A DNA stretch of 64,000 nt from contig JBEKFP010000002.1 in the NCBI GenBank assembly GCA_050013255.1, positions 288,001 through 352,000 of the forward strand. Reading direction: 5' to 3'. Both the position numbers and the translations under genes were made by a program. How positions within the stretch are numbered: position 1 is the stretch's first letter; each line of letters begins with the position of its first letter. The notes beneath the pieces were generated by a model that had not been told where the DNA came from, did no database searches, and saw only the letters and a program-made list of their open reading frames with translations. Positions 39,138 to 49,548 of the stretch are shown here, piece by piece. This stretch comes from Candidatus Bathyarchaeia archaeon (GTDB lineage Archaea > Thermoproteota > Bathyarchaeia > 40CM-2-53-6).

Positions 39138-42100
39138 CTACTTTTTGGTTTCGCTTTTTCCGTCCAACTTTGTCTTCTCGCATAGGCCGAACTCGTAAGT
39201 TTCCGAATTGATCTGCCAGGTCTTCGTATAGTACGGAGCATCCGTTTCCTCTTTTTTGGTACTGATTACCAGTTGTTTCGCCCGAACTTCACTGGCTATG
39301 TAAGTTCGTTTGGCCTTCAGCAGGTTCGCGGCGTCTGTTGAGGGCGGGAGAATGTAGGCGTGAACGTATGAGTCCACTTTGAGGTCCATTTCCTTCCGCA
39401 TTTGCTGCATCCGCCTTACGGCGTCTCTGGCTAAACCTTCGGCCAGTTCGCTCTTGGAAAGTTTCAGGTCTACGTAAACTGTGCCGTCTACGAATTCGGC
39501 TTTGGCGAAACGTGTGGGAGCCTCGTACTTCGAACTCGCAGCCCTGAGGGTTGGTGTAAGGGTTCGCGTGTTCGCCTGGTCAAGGAGGAGGGTTGAGTAG
39601 GTGTTCAGGGCTTTTCGAACCGGTTTGGAATCGGTTGCTACAATCACTTTGGGGACTGGTTGCCTCTGTTTCATCGATTTTTGCATGCGGGCAACTGCGA
39701 CTGTTGAAATGATATCCTTGGCTGCATTCATCTCTTCTTCGAGGGAATCGCTGATCCATTTCTCGTCGAATTTTGGCCAGTCGAGCATGTGGACGGACTG
39801 GGGGTGTCTTGGTTCGGCGTTTCTGAACATGTGTTGGTATATTGATTCGGTGAGGAAGGGCGTGATTGGAGTTAGCATGGCGAGGGCGGCCTTGAGGGCA
39901 GTGTAGAGTGTTGTGTAGGCTGCCAGCTTGTCCCGTGTCTGTTTCTCAACCCATGTTCTGCGCCTGATGAACCTGACGTACGTGTGGCTCAGATCTTCCA
40001 CGAGGAAGGTTTTGAGTTTTCGAACTGCCTCATGGATCTTGTATTCATCCATAAGCGCAGTTGCTTCCTTGATTGTTCGGTTCATTCGGCTTAGCAGCCA
40101 CCGATCCTCGGGGCGAAGGCTTCGCGTGAGCTGCTTCAAGGGGACACGGGGTGAGAACTTGTCCAAGCTCATGTAGGTGCCAGCGAAAACAAAAGTGTTC
40201 CAGAATGTGCTCAAGTCACCACTGTACTGTTTTACGGCGTCCCACGAGAAGCGAAGGTCCTCCCATAACGTGTTCTGGAGAACGTAGTACCGGAAAGAAT
40301 CGCGGCCGAATTTATCTACAACCTCATTGGCCGTGACGTAATTACCCGCGGACTTATGCATCTCACGCCCTTCGGAATCGAGCGCGAAACCGTGCATCAG
40401 GACAGTTTTGTACGGTGACTTCCCCATCGTAACCATTCCGCTTTTCAGCAGGGCAAAGAACCATGCCGTTATCTGGTCGCGCCCTTCCACGATGAAATCG
40501 GCAGGCCACCAGAATTTACTCTCTTGAGCGTTCTGGGGGTGGCCTAGGCATGCGAGTGAAGCGCCGCCCGAGTCGAACCACACATCCATAACGTCGGGGA
40601 CTCGGGTCATCTCCGCTCCACATTCGCATCGCAGCTTGACATTGTTCACCCAGGGAACGTGCAGCGTGGGCAGGTCAGGTGTTGAGGTCGCATTCTCCAA
40701 GAGTTCTTGCTTTGACCCTATGACTTTCTGTTTCCCGCAAGAATCGCATATCCAAACTGGAAAGGGTGTGCCCCAGAATCTTTGGCGTGACACGACCCAG
40801 TCCTTTAGGCCTTCAAGCCAATTCTTGAATTGAACTGCTCCTGCCCAGTCAGGAATCCAGTGTGTCGCGTCCACTTCTTTCATGAAGTCGATCTTTTTCT
40901 GCGCTATGCGTATGAGCCATTGGTCTGTTGCGCGGATCAAGAGCGGAGTCTTGCAACGCCAACATACGGGACTACGGTGTTCTATCTCTTCCGAGTGAAG
41001 CAGCATTCCTAATGATTTCAAATCGTCTATGACTTCGGGGTTCGCACTCCTAACGGGCTTCCCTGCGTATTTTCCCGCTTCGGGCACGAACTTTCCTTGA
41101 TCGTCCACCAACATGAGGACGGGTAATCCGTAGTGTACTCCAACTTCGTAATCTTCTTCGCCGTGGCCTGGGGCGGAATGGACGCATCCCGTCCCCTCAT
41201 CCAGCGTAACGTACTCCTTGCTCAGGACGACGCGGTGCGCATTCTTCAGGTTCAGTTGAATGGGAACCAATGTCTCCAGGGGGGAGCGGTACGTCACTCC
41301 ATCTAGTTGCGTTCCAGGGAAGCTTTCCAGGAGTTCTAATGTGCGGCCGGAGGCCTTGGCCACCGCTTCAATTCGCTCCTTTGCGAGTATGAATGTCTCG
41401 TTCCCAGACCGCACTCTTGCATACTGGAAGTCCGGGTTCACCATGACCGCCACATTCGACGGTAGCGTCCAAGGTGTCGTGGTCCAAATCAGTATGAACT
41501 CGTTTTGCTTGCCTTCGACCGGGAATTTCACGTAGATTGACGGGTCGCGGAGCATCTTGTACTCTAGAACGACTTCGTAATCCGAAAGGACGGTCTCGTC
41601 TTGTGGGCACCAGTGTACGACCCGCTGCCCATGCTCAAGGAGGCCCTTCGACGAGGCCTGCTTGACACCCCACCAACCGCTCTCAATATAGGAATCCTGA
41701 TGTGTCATGTAGGGCTTGGCCCAATCCATCCATATGCCAAGATCTGCGAACGCCCTACCCAACGCCGTAGAGTTCGTTTCAGCAAATAATCTGCATTCCG
41801 CGATGAAGCGTTCCAGTCCGAAGTTCTCTACGTCCTTCTTGGTTTTGATCCCGAACTTCTGTTCTATTGCGAGTTCGATAGGGAGGCCGTGGCAGTCATA
41901 TCCGGGTTGGTCCCTGACGTTGAACCCCTGCGAACGCTTGTAGCGAATGACAGTATCTTTCACGACCTTGCCCCAAGAAGTTCCAATGTGTGGGGTATCC
42001 GAACTAGGGAAGGGTGGTCCATCTAGGAAGTAGAACTTTGGGCCCTTCGCCCTAAACTTCTTCACAGCTTCATAAGTCTCTTCTTGGTCCCAGAGGCTCT

Positions 42101-42164
42101 TTACTTCCTTCTCGACAACCTTAGGGTCATACTGCTTCGGCAATTCGCCAACGTGCTTGCTCAT
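39138..42164 (-). CDS. ileS: Isoleucine--tRNA ligase
   Basis: DGPP, HIGT, GYDCHGLPIE, WTTTPWTLP, GTG.VH.APGHG, SRQRFWG, EMHKS. Confidence 0.95.
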   Translation of the reverse strand: MSKHVGELPKQYDPKVVEKEVKSLWDQEETYEAVKKFRAKGPKFYFLDGPPFPSSDTPHIGTSWGKVVKDTVIRYKRSQGFNVRDQPGYDCHGLPIELAIEQKFGIKTKKDVENFGLERFIAECRLFAETNSTALGRAFADLGIWMDWAKPYMTHQDSYIESGWWGVKQASSKGLLEHGQRVVHWCPQDETVLSDYEVVLEYKMLRDPSIYVKFPVEGKQNEFILIWTTTPWTLPSNVAVMVNPDFQYARVRSGNETFILAKERIEAVAKASGRTLELLESFPGTQLDGVTYRSPLETLVPIQLNLKNAHRVVLSKEYVTLDEGTGCVHSAPGHGEEDYEVGVHYGLPVLMLVDDQGKFVPEAGKYAGKPVRSANPEVIDDLKSLGMLLHSEEIEHRSPVCWRCKTPLLIRATDQWLIRIAQKKIDFMKEVDATHWIPDWAGAVQFKNWLEGLKDWVVSRQRFWGTPFPVWICDSCGKQKVIGSKQELLENATSTPDLPTLHVPWVNNVKLRCECGAEMTRVPDVMDVWFDSGGASLACLGHPQNAQESKFWWPADFIVEGRDQITAWFFALLKSGMVTMGKSPYKTVLMHGFALDSEGREMHKSAGNYVTANEVVDKFGRDSFRYYVLQNTLWEDLRFSWDAVKQYSGDLSTFWNTFVFAGTYMSLDKFSPRVPLKQLTRSLRPEDRWLLSRMNRTIKEATALMDEYKIHEAVRKLKTFLVEDLSHTYVRFIRRRTWVEKQTRDKLAAYTTLYTALKAALAMLTPITPFLTESIYQHMFRNAEPRHPQSVHMLDWPKFDEKWISDSLEEEMNAAKDIISTVAVARMQKSMKQRQPVPKVIVATDSKPVRKALNTYSTLLLDQANTRTLTPTLRAASSKYEAPTRFAKAEFVDGTVYVDLKLSKSELAEGLARDAVRRMQQMRKEMDLKVDSYVHAYILPPSTDAANLLKAKRTYIASEVRAKQLVISTKKEETDAPYYTKTWQINSETYEFGLCEKTKLDGKSETKK

Positions 42165-42684
42165 TACTGGTCGACTCCAAGGAAAATTCCTGAATGCGCC
42201 CTCCGGCATTGACCGAGAACAAAATCATAGTAAGGAACGTGCTTCGGTAGCTTACGGTGCGATTTCTCGGTCACCTTTCATGGGCGACACCAATTGCACG
42301 ACCACCATGCCAATTCTTATTTTAAGTTAACGTGTCCGGTTTTGGTGGTGTGTTAGCTGTGGCTTGGCCTCCGTCCCTGCATTTGCCTGTTAGAAGATAA
42401 TGGTTTCAACCACTATTGTTAGATCACTTGAGGCGGGTCATTGCATTGTAGGACCTGAAAAATATGGTGCAACGAGGCTCATATCCTTGACTGGGGAAGG
42501 TAGTAGGCTAGAGCCGAGATAAGTCGTTGGAATGTTCGCGTTGCTATTCCCATGTGAGGTTAGATGAGTGGAAAGGAACCGTCCCGAGATCTCAGAGAAG
42601 ACCACAACTCAGGAACAACTGCCCGGGGATGCCGGACCTTTATAGTTTACCCGCTGCATATGGGCGAATCCGGTTGATTAACTG

Positions 42685-42981
42685 TTGCAGGGACACAAGT
42701 GCAAGCGATCGGGGGACTGCTGTGTCATTCATTGGGGATCTTTTGAGGCGACCCACGAGGACATACTGCGTTGGAAGAGACAAGGACGAGAAGACATCCT
42801 GAAGCACATAGCGGTTAATTCCACTGACCCTCACAATCGACACGCGGTTTTCGTTACAAAGAATTGCCCCTTTCTGAAAAGAGAAGAAACAGGCCTCTAC
42901 TCATGCGCGATCCAGGAGACAAAACCGTTCTACTGCAGGGTCTACCCACACGACGGCATGTGTGAACACCAAGAAGACTAA
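42685..42981 (+). CDS. YkgJ-family Cys-cluster protein
   Basis: CKRSGDCC, CPFL, CAIQETKPFYCRVYP. Confidence 0.75.
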   Translation: MQGHKCKRSGDCCVIHWGSFEATHEDILRWKRQGREDILKHIAVNSTDPHNRHAVFVTKNCPFLKREETGLYSCAIQETKPFYCRVYPHDGMCEHQED

Positions 42982-43908
42982 GCCTTGACAACTCTTTTGA
43001 GCGAGCGAGAGTAGAAGATACCGCGAACTATGCGGCTTCTTTTTGATTCGCTCTGACAGAAAGATACTCCTCCGAACGACCTGTTCAAGCATCATCAGCA
43101 CCATGGTGCGAATGTCAGGGCCGCTAGCTGTCACCTGAACCCTGCTTCTACTGTAGAGACTGCTACCAGAAGCACCGAAGGTATTAGGCAAAGAGCCTAG
43201 AACCGATGTTGGCTGAAATTTCTCCATTTTTATTTGTCTTCAAATGTGCGTCCTGTAGGGTTCCCTGGTCTAGATCTGCCACGATCAGGTCTGCCAAGTG
43301 TCTGTACCAGAAGCGGCCGATCCACATGTCGGGATACACACGGGTCCCTCTCCAACTGAACGAATCTTCTACAGGATGGACATTGCAAGACAAATCATCT
43401 TGACGAGAAAAGAATGGGAAACGAGCGAAGACGTAGCGAAAACGCGAGGCGTATCATACCTGAACAGCGGCACTGGGCGGCGATGTGTCAATTGCAGAAG
43501 TACACGAAGAGGAAGAAGACGAGGAATCCTGGCAGCGCGGACAGAACTTCGTGGCGGTCGGAAGTGTTAAACCTGTAATAGCGACATTAGATCTACACGT
43601 GATTCCTGTGCCGAAGAAGAAGAAACCAAAGAAGAAAAGGTAACCAAAGAGCCAAGCATTTCCATTGCGGCAACAAGGAAGTTGAAGTAGGTAAGTTAGA
43701 GCCCCCGCGAAGCTCTTCCACTGAAACCCTGCTGCCCCTAGGAACATACCTATGTTTTTTAGGCGATGAGTACCGCATTCGCGGGTGCGGTGCCCTCGGG
43801 CTTGCACCTCGTAGTCACACTGGGGTCGGAGCAAACTCACGGTTGTCAGATTCTGGAGTATGGGTGCCGCTTCTTATTCACTTAGAACCGCTTAGCAGGA
43901 GTCCAGTG

Positions 43909-44310
43909 ATGAGGAAGATAAGAAACACGTGTCTCGAGTACGGGTGCGTCAAATGCTGTTTGAATACGGAGATGGAACTGAGCAGTTCAGACATCGTCCG
44001 GATAAGGGGCCTTGGTTTCTCTGAGGATTTCTTCATCGTCAAGAAGAACGGGAACCGGCAGCTCAAGAATCTGTCGGGGAGATGCGTCTTTAATAACGGT
44101 CAGCGATGCACCATCTACAATTATCGGCCTGAAGGTTGTCGGCTGTACCCGGCCATTTTCTATGAAGACACTGGAGAAACAGATCTCGATTCATACTGCC
44201 CACATCACGGGAAGTTTCAATTGACGCCATGCATTTCACGCGAAGTCATCAAATTCGTTCGAAATTTGGATGTGGAGATGCAGAGACGACCCAGGTCCGG
44301 GAACCGCTGA
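43909..44310 (+). CDS. YkgJ-family Cys-cluster protein
   Basis: C...C.KCC, CVF...CTIYNYRPEGCRLYP. Confidence 0.8.
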   Translation: MRKIRNTCLEYGCVKCCLNTEMELSSSDIVRIRGLGFSEDFFIVKKNGNRQLKNLSGRCVFNNGQRCTIYNYRPEGCRLYPAIFYEDTGETDLDSYCPHHGKFQLTPCISREVIKFVRNLDVEMQRRPRSGNR

Positions 44311-44470
44311 ACGTCGAGGCATCTGAACTCCTCAGCTTTCGCCGCCTTCCGTGACCAAGTCTGTATGATGAGCATCCACTCTTGGCCTAGGTCGAAAGCA
44401 GTTGCCGCCTGTCGCGAGGCAGGTTAAAATGGAGAGTCGAGCTGTCACCTTGTAGGATAGGCAGTGTGGA

Positions 44471-44773
44471 TTGGGAAAGAGAAAGGTCCTTTCAGAAGGA
44501 GACATTAATCAACTCGTTCTTCCAGGAACGGGTCAGCTGCTTGGGATTGTAACCCAAATGTTTGGGTACGATCGGATAATGGTGAAGTGTTCAGACGGAG
44601 CCGACCGACTCTGTCGCATACGAGGCAAGATGAAGAGGCGGACTTGGATCAAGAATGGCGATGTGGTCTTGGTTGCCCCTTGGGATTTCCAAACCAGTCG
44701 CGCGGACGTGCTTTGGCGTTACACACAGAACCAAGTGCAGGTACTTCACAACAAGGGCATCCTCACGATGTAA
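44471..44773 (+). CDS. eif1a: Translation initiation factor aIF-1A
   Basis: CRIRGKMKRRTWI..GDVVLVAPWDFQ..ADVLWRYT. Confidence 0.95.
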   Translation: MGKRKVLSEGDINQLVLPGTGQLLGIVTQMFGYDRIMVKCSDGADRLCRIRGKMKRRTWIKNGDVVLVAPWDFQTSRADVLWRYTQNQVQVLHNKGILTM

Positions 44774-44814
44774 CCCCATAGGCCCAATGGTGCTATACGT
44801 AAAAGCCAGATGCT

Positions 44815-45954
44815 TCAAACAGTTCCCCAAGTGTGCTCGCAGTTGCAATAACTTTTTCCAAAGTCATCTTTGTCTACCCTGCGAGTACCGCTTTTGAATT
44901 CGAAATTCGTGACCCTTGCAGGGTACTCGTTGTAGAACATTCCGTGCCAAATCGGTCCTATGAGGGGTTGCGATATGTTCCAGCAGCACCTTGCGTAGGT
45001 TGCCATCTCTATGCTGAGCTCGCATTCATCGGAGAATGCTTTCACACTGAATATCGGCAGGTCATTCTCGTAACGTTTAGTTATTCTAACATCCTTCATG
45101 GAATGTTCCTTCCCCTCCGTAGGGTCGTAGAAGTCGAGGGTCTTTGAAACCATCTTTTCTCCCCAGTCCATCAGGCTCTCGTGTGAAATGGAGCGCCTGA
45201 GCATTGGTATTCCGAGATGCGGCAGGAAGTATTGCAGGTAAGCGCCATTGTCCCACTGTACTGTAGCCCAGTACCAGCAGGGGGTTATCGAGGATATCCG
45301 CACTTTCTGGAAATAAGACCTGCCCTTTACGGAAGTCTCGGTTTCGCCTACTCGAATTTTTCCCGATGACATCAGCCCTCTGTATTTCAGCATAGAATAC
45401 CCCATGTTTCCGATGAAGTTCTTTCCTGTTGGTACCAGTTCCGCCATCATGTCTTTCCACCGCTGCATCGAAAGGTCGATTCCGACCTTCTCGCTGTTTA
45501 TATCCAGCCAGAGATCCGCGGGGCTCCCACCAAAGGAATAGACACCATCATTGCTTTCCATTCTGATTCGTCCAGAGTTGTCACCCCACCCGGTTTCAGT
45601 CTTCCCGTGGTCGAGAACAAAAGAGTCATGCATCTTGTTTCCGTCATAATACCAGGAGGCGACGATTGATTCGAAAGCAGCGCGATTTTTCTTGATCTCC
45701 ATTGAGATTTTTGGCTCCCAGTAAGAATCGTTCACGCGAACCTTTCTGCAGTTCCTGGTGGCCCAAAGGACCATGAGCTGCTTAGGGAATTCTGGGTTGT
45801 CTGGGTTTTCGAAAAAATGGATCCACCACCACCAGTGCCAGGTGTGGTTCTTGAGCATGTTTTCGGGGTAAATCTTCCATATGTCACTGAAGCCTTTATG
45901 CATGCGTCCTCGCAAGTCAGATGACTTTGTTGCATTAGACAATTCCTCTTGCAC
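44815..45954 (-). CDS. Aromatic-rich hypothetical protein (possibly AttH/CrtC-like fold)
   Basis: 379 aa, WHWWWWIHFF, G.SYFQKV, PCWYW; beta-rich. Confidence 0.6.
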   Translation of the reverse strand: MQEELSNATKSSDLRGRMHKGFSDIWKIYPENMLKNHTWHWWWWIHFFENPDNPEFPKQLMVLWATRNCRKVRVNDSYWEPKISMEIKKNRAAFESIVASWYYDGNKMHDSFVLDHGKTETGWGDNSGRIRMESNDGVYSFGGSPADLWLDINSEKVGIDLSMQRWKDMMAELVPTGKNFIGNMGYSMLKYRGLMSSGKIRVGETETSVKGRSYFQKVRISSITPCWYWATVQWDNGAYLQYFLPHLGIPMLRRSISHESLMDWGEKMVSKTLDFYDPTEGKEHSMKDVRITKRYENDLPIFSVKAFSDECELSIEMATYARCCWNISQPLIGPIWHGMFYNEYPARVTNFEFKSGTRRVDKDDFGKSYCNCEHTWGTV

Positions 45955-45986
45955 TACCTCTTCCGCAATATGTGACTGATACCTCT

Positions 45987-46349
45987 CTATTTTTGCAATC
46001 TGTGTAGCACATAAACAGCTGCAGTCATCCCTAAGAAAAAGTACAAAACTGCAACTTCTATTGGCAAAGTTCCACCTATCATGTAAAACGGCGAATCATA
46101 GTAACCCCATAATCGATTTCCAGTTCCATATAGCTCCCAGACCGTATCTGCCACAAAACCAATAACACCAAGTTCTAAGATTACGGGGTGTCTGAGTTTA
46201 ACAAGTCCACCTATTCCGATGACACCAAACAAAACCAATAGAAGCGTACTCGTCCAGACATTTTTGCGTAATTGACTTGCAAGAAAAGTGGAAAACACAA
46301 TGACTAAGATTACAATTGAAACCATTGTAACACTATTTTTGAGTTTCAT
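45987..46349 (-). CDS. Small membrane protein
   Basis: 4 TM segments, WELYG...LWGY; AT-rich codons. Confidence 0.65.
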   Translation of the reverse strand: MKLKNSVTMVSIVILVIVFSTFLASQLRKNVWTSTLLLVLFGVIGIGGLVKLRHPVILELGVIGFVADTVWELYGTGNRLWGYYDSPFYMIGGTLPIEVAVLYFFLGMTAAVYVLHRLQK

Positions 46350-46894
46350 AATCCGCTTTGTAATAGGTCGCTGATTTAAGTTGCAACGGCTGCTGCGCAC
46401 GAAGGTTGTGAGATCGACTTTCACGATAATGCTTGGGGACGCGACATATGTTCCAGAGCGTGTACGCACCAATAGACCCTAAACACACCAAATAGCAAAG
46501 AAGGAGAAGTTTTCGAGTTATCTAGACGACGGGACGAGTAAGCAAGGCTGTGGACTCGGTGGAGGAAACGAGGGCCGTCTGTTCTTTGTCGCTGACTGTT
46601 TCAGCTATGGTGATCCCAAGTATGAACTCGAAAGACTGGGTACGGCTTTGTTGCTCCTCAAGAAAACGCTGGAAAGCGACGGAGAGAGACTTGCCACTTC
46701 CGAACGCACTCCTGGCCCAACGCAGCAGCCAAAGGATCCGGAGCAACCAGAATCGGCATCTCAACTTGAACCGCCAACGCAAGCCAACCCATTAGTTAAT
46801 GTCTATCAGACCGGCTCCTAACCAATAGCACTTCGCCGGCCAGTATAAGTTAACTAACCATTTCGAGAACCTTTTCTGAGTCATCTCACAAGTC

Positions 46895-47902
46895 ATGACT
46901 GCGATTGCGTTGTATTGCTTGGGAATAGAGTCCACGGCGCATACATTTGGCGCAAGCGTTGTGACAAACCAGGGGCAGTTCCTGTCTGATCCGCGTGACG
47001 TTTATGCTTCCGCTCCTGGGAAGGGAATTCATCCGCGCGAGGCGGCTGAGCATCACAGTGAAGTTGCCGCCCGTGTGGTCTCAGATTCGTTAAGAAAGGC
47101 TGGCGCCAAAGCTTCGGAACTCGCTGGCGTGGGAGTTTCATTAGGTCCTGGACTTGGACCATGCCTAAGGGTCGGAGCCACCGTTGCCCGATCAATATCC
47201 GCATACTTCGGCGTCCCATTCGTAGGCGTAAACCATGCCATCGGACACATCGAGATCGGAACCCTCACCACCGGAGCCAAGGATCCCCTGGTGGTTCTTG
47301 TCTCAGGCGGGCACACAGCGATTACGGCTTTTTCTGGAGGACGTTGGAGAATATTCGGTGAAACCGAGGACATCACAATCGGAAACCTATATGACATGTT
47401 CGCCCGAGCTATCGACCTCCCATCGCCAGCAGGGCCTCAAATCGAAAAACTAGCGGCCAAATCATCAAAGTTCCTAACTTTGCCTTATGTGGTGAAAGGA
47501 AATGATGTTTCATACTCCGGGCTGTTGACAGCGTCCCTCGCCAAGCTGCGATCAGGCGCGGGTTTGGAGGATGTATGCTACTCGATGCAGGAGGTCTCCT
47601 GCTCAATGCTCGCCGAGGCCGTAGAACGAAGCCTAGCGTATACTGGCAAGAAAGAGATCCTTCTAACTGGGGGGGTCGCAGCGAATAGGACATTGAAGGA
47701 TAAACTCGAATGCGTGGCCAAGATGCATGACGCAATATGCCACGTCGTAGGTTCCGCATACACAGGTGATTGTGGCGCCCAAATCGCGTGGACCGCCATG
47801 CTTGCGCTTCAGGCCGGTTTAGCCACTTCCGTTGACGCGCTCGTTAAGCCAAAGTGGAGGTTTGAGGATGTTGACATCCCCTGGAGAAAAGAAGTTAGCT
47901 AA
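46895..47902 (+). CDS. kae1: KEOPS t6A threonylcarbamoyltransferase Kae1
   Basis: GIESTAHT, GIHPREAAEHH, VNHAIGHIEI, VSGGHT, GGVAAN. Confidence 0.96.
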   Translation: MTAIALYCLGIESTAHTFGASVVTNQGQFLSDPRDVYASAPGKGIHPREAAEHHSEVAARVVSDSLRKAGAKASELAGVGVSLGPGLGPCLRVGATVARSISAYFGVPFVGVNHAIGHIEIGTLTTGAKDPLVVLVSGGHTAITAFSGGRWRIFGETEDITIGNLYDMFARAIDLPSPAGPQIEKLAAKSSKFLTLPYVVKGNDVSYSGLLTASLAKLRSGAGLEDVCYSMQEVSCSMLAEAVERSLAYTGKKEILLTGGVAANRTLKDKLECVAKMHDAICHVVGSAYTGDCGAQIAWTAMLALQAGLATSVDALVKPKWRFEDVDIPWRKEVS

Positions 47903-48530
47903 GCTCATCTACAAAGGCGCCGAAGCCGAAATCTACCTCCAAGATTGGCATGGGGAACTGGCGATCAGAAAGAGCCGCATACCAAAGCCCTACAGAGTTC
48001 CTGAACTCGACGAATCAATCCGCCGAACGAGGACGGCACATGAAGCAAACATGATGCACGAAGTGAGGAAACTCGGCGTTCCCGTCCCAACCATTCAACA
48101 CATAGACCCTGAATCTACCACCATAATCATGGATTACGTCCCGGGCCCAACGCTCAAGGAAGAGCTGTACAAACTCTCAATATCAAAACGCCGCGAACGA
48201 TGCAACTCACTCGGCAACATTCTTGGACTAATGCATGAAGGTGGAATTGTTCATGGGGACATGACGATTTCGAACGTGCTATCCGAGGACGGCAACTTGT
48301 ACATGATCGACTTCGGCCTAGGTGACTTCTCACACGAGCTAGAGGGCAAGGGTGTAGATCTCCTTCTCCTTCACAGGGCGATGAAGAGCACACATTACTC
48401 CTTCCATTTGGTTCTCTTCAATGCCTTCTTGAAGGGCTACGGAAGGGCTGTTGGTAAAAAGCGAGCTAAGGAGACCTTGCTAAAGATGCGTGAGGTGGAG
48501 AAGCGTGGGAGATACTTTGACAGGGCATAA
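47868..48530 (+). CDS. bud32: KEOPS kinase Bud32
   Basis: KGAEA, HGDMTISN, IDFGL, RGRY; start uncertain. Confidence 0.93.
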   Translation: MLTSPGEKKLAKLIYKGAEAEIYLQDWHGELAIRKSRIPKPYRVPELDESIRRTRTAHEANMMHEVRKLGVPVPTIQHIDPESTTIIMDYVPGPTLKEELYKLSISKRRERCNSLGNILGLMHEGGIVHGDMTISNVLSEDGNLYMIDFGLGDFSHELEGKGVDLLLLHRAMKSTHYSFHLVLFNAFLKGYGRAVGKKRAKETLLKMREVEKRGRYFDRA

Positions 48531-49107
48531 CCCAACGGTCTACTTCGCTACCGGAAACAAGGGGAAGTTCATTGAGGCCGCTGATGTCGCCGCACGTTTC
48601 GGGATCACGTTGAAGCACATGCGCATCGACAAACTGGAGATTCAATCAAATAACTTGGCGGAGATCGCTTCCTTCGCAGCTATGGAGGCTGCGCGATCCA
48701 ATAGGCGCTCGGTAGTTTCAGAGGATGCGGGTTTCTTCGTAAATGCGTTAGCAGGTTTCCCCGGGCCGTACTCGTCTTATGTGTTCAAAACCCTAGGGAC
48801 GGGTGGCATATTGAAACTCATGGAGAAACGCGGGGACAGAGGAGCTTTCTTCCAGGCCTCAGTTGCATTCTGCACGCCGACGTCGCGCCCGAAGTGTTTC
48901 ACCGGCTTTGTACAAGGTCGCGTAAGCCGGAGACCAAAAGGAACTCACGGTTTCGGTTTCGATCCAATCTTCATACCTAAAAGAGGAGACGGCCGAACCT
49001 TCGCTCAGATGACAACTGACGAGAAGAATTCTTTCTCACATCGCGCTTTGGCCTTCGTAAAGTTCTCGAAATGGTTCGTCGGCGAGGGAAACCGCATTAT
49101 GCCTTAG
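48517..49107 (+). CDS. rdgB: Non-canonical purine NTP pyrophosphatase (RdgB/Ham1)
   Basis: FATGNKGK, EDAG, GFPGPYS, GFGFDPIF, SHR. Confidence 0.94.
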   Translation: MTGHNPTVYFATGNKGKFIEAADVAARFGITLKHMRIDKLEIQSNNLAEIASFAAMEAARSNRRSVVSEDAGFFVNALAGFPGPYSSYVFKTLGTGGILKLMEKRGDRGAFFQASVAFCTPTSRPKCFTGFVQGRVSRRPKGTHGFGFDPIFIPKRGDGRTFAQMTTDEKNSFSHRALAFVKFSKWFVGEGNRIMP

Positions 49108-49113
49108 ACACGG

Positions 49114-49428
49114 TCATTCATTGCTCCACGAATGGCCGCATTTTGTGCAAACAAATCTTTCCATCACCCTCTCCTGTCGGACCCCTGCGTGTTCGCCAGA
49201 CACGAATCCAAGGCTGCGGAAAGCTTCGTTGTGCCCACAGCGTGGGCATGTCGCAGCTACCTTCATGTATTCGGGGCTAGGTGCGTCTACGATGTCCGTT
49301 GGCTTTTCAGTGGGTGTTATCTTCACGATGTCAACTACCTCAGTTTTGAGCTGATAGCCGCATTTCGAACAAACATAACCCTCCTTGGTCGTCCTCATGT
49401 AACCTCCACATTTCTCGCAAAATTTCAT
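49114..49428 (-). CDS. TFS/RpoM-like double zinc-ribbon protein
   Basis: MKFCEKCG...CSKCG...CPRCG...CTKCGHSW; lacks the canonical RSADE hairpin. Confidence 0.8.
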   Translation of the reverse strand: MKFCEKCGGYMRTTKEGYVCSKCGYQLKTEVVDIVKITPTEKPTDIVDAPSPEYMKVAATCPRCGHNEAFRSLGFVSGEHAGVRQERVMERFVCTKCGHSWSNE

Positions 49429-49548
49429 TTCATCCGATACCTTCTTGGTGTGAGGGCGAAGTCTTGGCCACATGACTATTGTTGAGACAAGTTAAATAAT
49501 CGAGGGTCATCGACTAGGTTACAATTTCGGATTTGGAGTGTGCAAATT

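Noticed and set aside
39138-42164. IleRS HIGT/EMHKS variants
   Set aside because: Such signature variants are usual in TACK IleRS and are not evidence of a new function
42165-42292. T-box riboswitch upstream of ileS
   Set aside because: GAA-ATC is present but there is no UGGNACC antiterminator bulge downstream
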